From assembly GCA_025786725.1 (NCBI GenBank), contig JAHLTZ010000009.1, positions 186,001-250,000 of the forward strand: DNA of 64,000 nucleotides, given 5' to 3'. Positions 58,484 to 64,000 of this stretch are shown here, in pieces (positions within the stretch are counted from its first letter, which is position 1; the number at the start of each line of letters is the position of its first letter). The DNA is from Syncephalis fuscata S228 (Eukaryota; Fungi; Zoopagomycota). Below the pieces are notes generated by a model. That model was not told the DNA's origin and ran no database searches. It saw only the letters and a program-made list of their open reading frames with translations. The translations under genes were made by a program, and so were the position numbers.

Positions 58484-59206
58484 AATTGTAATGCTTTGAA
58501 TACTTTACAGCAACAACAATATGGATTGGCATTTATTAACATATATACTAGCACATAGCCTCTACCTATTCGGCCACTTGATGATAAAATTCCATTTATT
58601 ACTTTTGGGGCTGCTCGATTTGCCACTTTTATGAAAGACAAGATTGCTGGACTGGCCAATCGTTGCAGAAAGATGCTTAAAACTACTGAGCAACAAGGAC
58701 TTTTGGTGATTGTAGATATTGACGAATACAATACATCAAAGTCTGTTCCAAATGCAAGAAAATGAAGATGGCAGGTTTACATTTGGAGAAACACAACAGC
58801 ACAATGCATAGCGTACTTGTTTGTTAAAACAAAAATTGTCGTACGGTATGGCAGCGTGATGTTAATGCCAGCAGAAACATGCACAGTATATTCAGTACAA
58901 TGGCCAGTGGCGAATCAAGGCCTTCTGATTTCTTACCACCTATTACTACAAGAAATCAAACTGACACTGTTGCATAAACATCATAATCAAATGTAGAGTT
59001 TTATTGTAAGTAGCATGAAATACTATTTAATATTTATTTTGATATTGAAAATTGGCAGATTAATTAAGACACTGATTAATTCAATCGGAGTTGACGTGGC
59101 ACTGCTTCAACAAACCATTTCTCAGTAGTAGAAACGGATAGACGATTTGTTATTCGTTATTGATCTTTCTGTCCCCAGTTTAAAGACAGGTAGTCAAAGT
59201 ACGGTA
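58484..59206 (+). mobile_element. 5'-truncated Fanzor1-type element: decayed nuclease C-terminus (to 58977) plus non-coding right end
   Basis: + strand translation KIPFITFGAARFATFMK...LLVIVDIDEYNTSK/VCSKC...MHSVLVC*NKNCRTVWQRDVNASRNM...RPSDF. The element ends ...AGTCAAAGTACGG|TA. Confidence 0.88.
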
Positions 59207-59932
59207 GCTTTGAAAATTTAATGATAATCGAATTAACCAGCAAGTCACCATCACCATAAATTCGTCAGCATCGCCATTATCCTGTACGCATATATCATTT
59301 ATCCATACCCATTGCATTGCATATCCATTGATCTGCATATCATTCTGTCCTACAATAAACGTGTTGTATTCAAAGCTGTTGTTTGGTGCTATTTTTATCA
59401 TTTGTGGGTCTGAATTCATTTTACTTATTTTACTCATTAAGTTATGTACACTAGGCATCGCCATTGTTATTAGTCCACCGTCTTATCTTCATCAATCTTT
59501 GCCTTATATTATTTTATATTTTGTTAGCTATACTTTTTAAACAAAACTTATTTATTTGTTGCTAGCTATATCCGATTCAAGTTTAATCATAATAATAAAA
59601 ATGCGTAATTTCAAAGCTAAAGATTCCAACCGTTCATACAATTACTAGTACGTTTATATTCCTTGTAGCCAGCTTGCTAGACTCGTTCGTCATACGTTAT
59701 GACTTCTATATTTGACGATGATGGTCAAAAGGATGCATTTTAAGGCCTTTGTGGCTTTCTAGCATTTTTTACCTGTCCTCGCTACCCAGTCCATTGATAT
59801 ATATAATAATTTTACAAGTTGGTATTTCATGATATTTTATTATCCTATATAACTGCCTGTTTATTTAGTTCTTTCAAATACACATTGTTTCTATTCACAG
59901 TCTTAGGTTTAGTAAAACGCCTTGTTATCAAT

Positions 59933-60982
59933 ATGGAACATTACAAAACACTGCATCCGGTCAACAGCAAGCAGAAGATTCATCTTTTGTATATGAAACA
60001 GGCCGGCGTTTTCATGGTGACAAAAATGCACCTTATCCGCTGCCTAATGATTCAAGTGAATCAGATAGGTAAGTATCTAAGTATAAGACAAATAGCACTA
60101 AGTCTTATAAGTAGTCTTTATTTCATAATTATTTAGGCTAGATAGACAACATTTTATAATTAACCATTTAATCAATGGGAATCATATGGGCAAGTTAGCT
60201 AATCCGCAAAAGATTTTAGAAGTGGGCAGTGGTAGCGGTACATGGGCTAAGGTAAGCAACTGTGTTTATTAAAGCACTCAGAAATGATTAACGTTAAGCA
60301 GGAAATGGCAGAGGAATTTCCGCAATCTGAAATAAATTGCATTGATATATCTCCAGAACTGTCGACGACCAAGCTTCCCAGCAATGTCAAGTTTGAAACC
60401 ATGAATGCTCTCGAAGGTAAGATTAATAATTATTGACATCACAGAATCAAATTAATCATCCAAATAATACTAGGTATCAAGTATGAAGACAATACGTTTG
60501 ACTATGTTCATATGCGGCTATTATGCGCAGCAATGCCAGAAAACTCTTGGCCTGTAGTCATTAAGGATCTAACACGTGTTTGCTCGACTGGTGGAACCAT
60601 TGAACTCGTCGAAACCAACGCTCAGTTGCAAAATCCTGGACCATTAGGTCAAGAGGTTAATGTGTGGATTGATGGTGTGTGTCGCGCGCGTAGCGTCAAC
60701 GTACATAAGATCTGGCAGATACCGCAGATGATACAAGAAGCTGGTCTACAACTAGAGACTGAACATTATGTTGAACTTCCGCTTGGCGAGTGGTGCGATC
60801 AAGTGGGCCGTCAGGGGTGGCTCAATATGCTTGAAGTAGTCAACTCACTAAGCGCTAAGATAATAGCTACCAGCGATGTTACAAAAGAAAGGATAGACTA
60901 TGTTCTTGAAAACCTGCACGAAGAAATTATCGCTAATCGTACTTCTTGGAAAGTGGGAGTATTTGTTGGACACAAACCATAA
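59933..60982 (+). CDS. LaeA-like methyltransferase, copy D
   Basis: YETGRRFHGDKNAPYPLPNDSSESDRLDRQH, LEVGSGSGTW, FVGHKP*. Confidence 0.9.
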
Positions 60983-62465
60983 AGACTAAATAGTGTTAGT
61001 ATTGACTCTAATTGTAACAAGTTGAGTGGTAATAACTTTCTTGTTACAACAAACCAAGTGTTAAAAGTATGACAATATTAGTTAAACCACCTTCATTGCA
61101 TTTATATAAATAACATTGGTATGTAACCGATAGTCCCTGACAATCCCTGGTAGACCCTGACGGACCTTGAACTATTTTTTAATATGAAATTACGCATTTA
61201 ATATTGCTAGTATAATATCTTTACTAACAAATATCAAAATTATAAAATGGTTTAGCAATACACACATATAATAAAAACATTATCTATTTTTATTCACAAT
61301 ATCGTGTTTACGGTTGTTACATTAATAATTTTATAAATAAATTTATTTTGTTAAACATGATTATAGTGTCAATTTATAATTATATTCAAATTGGCTAATT
61401 ATACCGATTTCTATCACTGATACTCAAATAATAATATCAATAGTTTATTTAGCTCATTGTCTTGTTTATTTCTGTTGCTGATATTATACAATTATTAAAC
61501 AGTTTCTTAGCCATTTGCTTTAATTTAAGGGTCAAATAAATGCATTCGATAGTATTCTTTTCATTAAAAATAAAATCGGATGGTGGATGACATCAGCCAT
61601 CAAAACTATCATCACCATAAATTTATCATCGCCATCATTATTCTGTACACATATCCTATATCTACATACTCCATTTCATTGTATTTTTTAGTAAAAACTT
61701 TAACTAGATAACAATAGAATAATACTAGCGTAAAAAACAGTACTGTATTAAAATGTAGACAATTATGTGCGTATTCATGTTGAGCGCATATTTTCAATAT
61801 GTTAAAAATATGAAGGCAACATATGCTTTTATTTCTTGAGCATATGAGCTCTTTTGTGTGTATTAAAATATAACCGTTGTTTACATAGCTGCCTCAATTT
61901 AATTTGTCTAAATTCAAATTAAATTGCCAAGTATCTATGTAAGCTGATCCTAATGGTATCACGCCAGAGCCATCATTATCAAGTGCTGTTTAACGCTGAA
62001 GAAATGACGTATACCTTTAAGGCCTATGGCCAATTAAAATTCTAGCTTTAACTTACAACAGTATATCCATTTTACTACATATTCTTTTATCATATAGTGA
62101 ACACTATTAAACTGCTGTCAACTTGGCACTACTTTTACTATTTATAAACCCACTTATTCATATGATTAATAACATATTCACACTTATTTGCAATCAACTT
62201 TCAAAACATTCTCACTGTGCATAGTGACTTCTATAAGCCGTTAAAAAGGCTGGGCAAAAAGATGCGTCTTAAGGCCTTTGTGCCATTCTAGCATTCCACA
62301 TGGTAGCACTGCTTAATTTAACAATACATATGGTAATTATACAAGTTGATGACACATTCCGTGATACTGTATTGCTCTATATAATTGCCTAATTTATTTA
62401 GTTATTTGCAAGTGCACATCGTTTTTATTCACAGCCGTAAATTTAGTAAACACCTTGTTATCGAT

Positions 62466-63494
62466 ATGGAACATTTACAAAACACTACATCCGGTCAACA
62501 GCAAGCAGAAGACCGTCTTTAGTATATGAAGCAGGCCGGCGTTTTCATGGCGACAAAAATGCACCTTATCCGCTGCCTAACGATTCGAGTGAAATAAATA
62601 GGTAAGCATTTGTGTATAAGGCAATATAACACCTAGTAAATAGCCACTATTCCATGAATATTTAGGCTAAATACACAGCATCCTGTATTTAAAAAACTAC
62701 TTAATGGCAACTACATGAGTAAGCTAAACAATCCAAAAAGAATTTTGGATGTTGGCAGTGGTACTGGTATATGGGCAGTGGTAAGTAGTTGCGTTTGCTA
62801 CAGCACTCAGAAATGATTAACGTTAAGCAGGAAATGGCAGAGGAATTTCCGCAATCTGAAATAAATTGCATTGATATATCTCCAGAACTGTCGACAACCA
62901 AGCTTCCCAGCAATGTCAAGTTTGAAACCATGAATGTCTCAAGGTAGATTAGTAACTTAATACAAACAGATCATATTAATATCCAAATTATTAGGTATCA
63001 ATACGAGACAATACATTTGATATATTCATCTGCGACTATTAGGCGTGCAATACGGAAAATTATTGGATTAATTATCAAGGATCTGGCACGCCTTGCTCCC
63101 CCGGCGGTAGCATTGAGTTCTTTGAAACCGACAGCCTATTAAAAAATGCTGGACCATTGGGCCAAGAGGTCAATTCCTGGTTTAATACTTTGTGTCGTAG
63201 TCGTGGTTCCAATGTGAGTAAGTTTTGGGAGATACCGCAAATGATGCAAGAGGCCGGCCTACAAATGGAAGTTGAGCACTTTATCGAAATTCCTATTGGA
63301 GAATGGTGTGACCAAGTAGGTCGTCATGGCTGGACTGACTATTACAACCTAATCAGTCCACTGTGCACTAAAATTATGTCTACATGCAATGTTACAAAAG
63401 AAAGATTCGACTATGTTCTCGCAAATTTGCACGAAGAGAATGTCGCTCATCGTGTTTATCGAAAATGGGTATATTTGTCGGCCGCAAACCATAA
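62466..63494 (+). CDS. LaeA-like methyltransferase, copy E (near-twin of B)
   Basis: Near-identical to B over the promoter, exons 1-3 and the 3' end. Dense deletions around 62935-63100. Confidence 0.78.
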
Positions 63495-63633
63495 AGAATA
63501 AATAGCGTTAGCATTGACTATAGTTGTTTTATAATTAAATTCATCTTGTTAAGTATTTATACTTTGTTCTTAAATAACTACTATGTAATAAATGACTTTT
63601 TTCATTATAACCAACTTTATTAAATAATGGATC

Positions 63634-63880
63634 TACCGTACTTTGACTCCCATTCTTGAACTAAACAAAAAGATCAATAGCGAATAATAAACCATCGATC
63701 ATTTTAATACAGAGAATTGTTAATTATTGAAGCAGTGTCACATTAACTCCGATTAAACTAATCAGTGTCAATTAATCAGCACAATTTTTAATATCCAACA
63801 TCAGTATTAATAAGTGTTAAATAGTATTTCGTGCTATTTGTAATAAAATATTACATTAATTATGATGCTGATGCAACAGT
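63634..63880 (-). mobile_element. Second, inverted copy of the Fanzor element's non-coding end
   Basis: The reverse complement aligns to ~58966-59206 (e.g. gaagcagtg.cac.t.aactccgatt.aa.taatcagtgtc) and shares the terminus TA|CCGTACTTTGACT. Confidence 0.85.
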
Positions 63881-64000
63881 AAAATATTAGAAAATAGAAA
63901 AGAGTATTCAGACGCAAGAAACCACACTGTACGTAGTAACAACAATAACAATTGCAGAATGACATGAGATTGCGATCAATGGCTTTTATTAATATTTGAT

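Noticed and set aside
58474-58731. Minus-strand 85-aa ORF in the track
   Set aside because: It is the antisense shadow of the + strand Fanzor relic.
59207-63633. Methyltransferases D/E as cargo of a single TIR transposon
   Set aside because: The two termini are oriented as the outer ends of separate elements lying left and right of this block, not as TIRs enclosing it.

Overview
Intron-rich, AT-rich eukaryotic DNA from an early-diverging fungus (inferred from gene content, ~45-80 nt introns and retained U12 introns; Zoopagomycota such as Syncephalis is a guess). Compact housekeeping blocks: RLP24, PAM18, RIB1, RVS167-like BAR-SH3-SH3, NUP37, BUD13, RPL5, ERF2-like DHHC, PSD2, ABCC/YOR1-like, URB1, MFS, AYR1-like SDR, ARP9-like and HBS1. 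These alternate with AT-rich accessory islands (about 15.7-26.5, 30.6-35.3 and 57.8-64 kb). The islands hold two near-identical signal-peptide protein kinases, five mosaic LaeA-like methyltransferase paralogues, a decayed secreted PLC-like gene, a PSD2 pseudogene fragment and two Fanzor (eukaryotic TnpB) relics. One Fanzor relic keeps a ~230 bp non-coding right end (candidate omega-RNA plus a TA-flanked terminus) that recurs inverted at 63.6-63.9 kb. Features missed by the ORF track include three minor-spliceosome (U12) introns, two of them AT-AC; an snR60/U80-type C/D snoRNA in RPL5 intron 2; a Ski7-type alternative exon in HBS1; and 3-4 nt micro-exons. Scattered single-base frameshifts in essential genes look like assembly indels.
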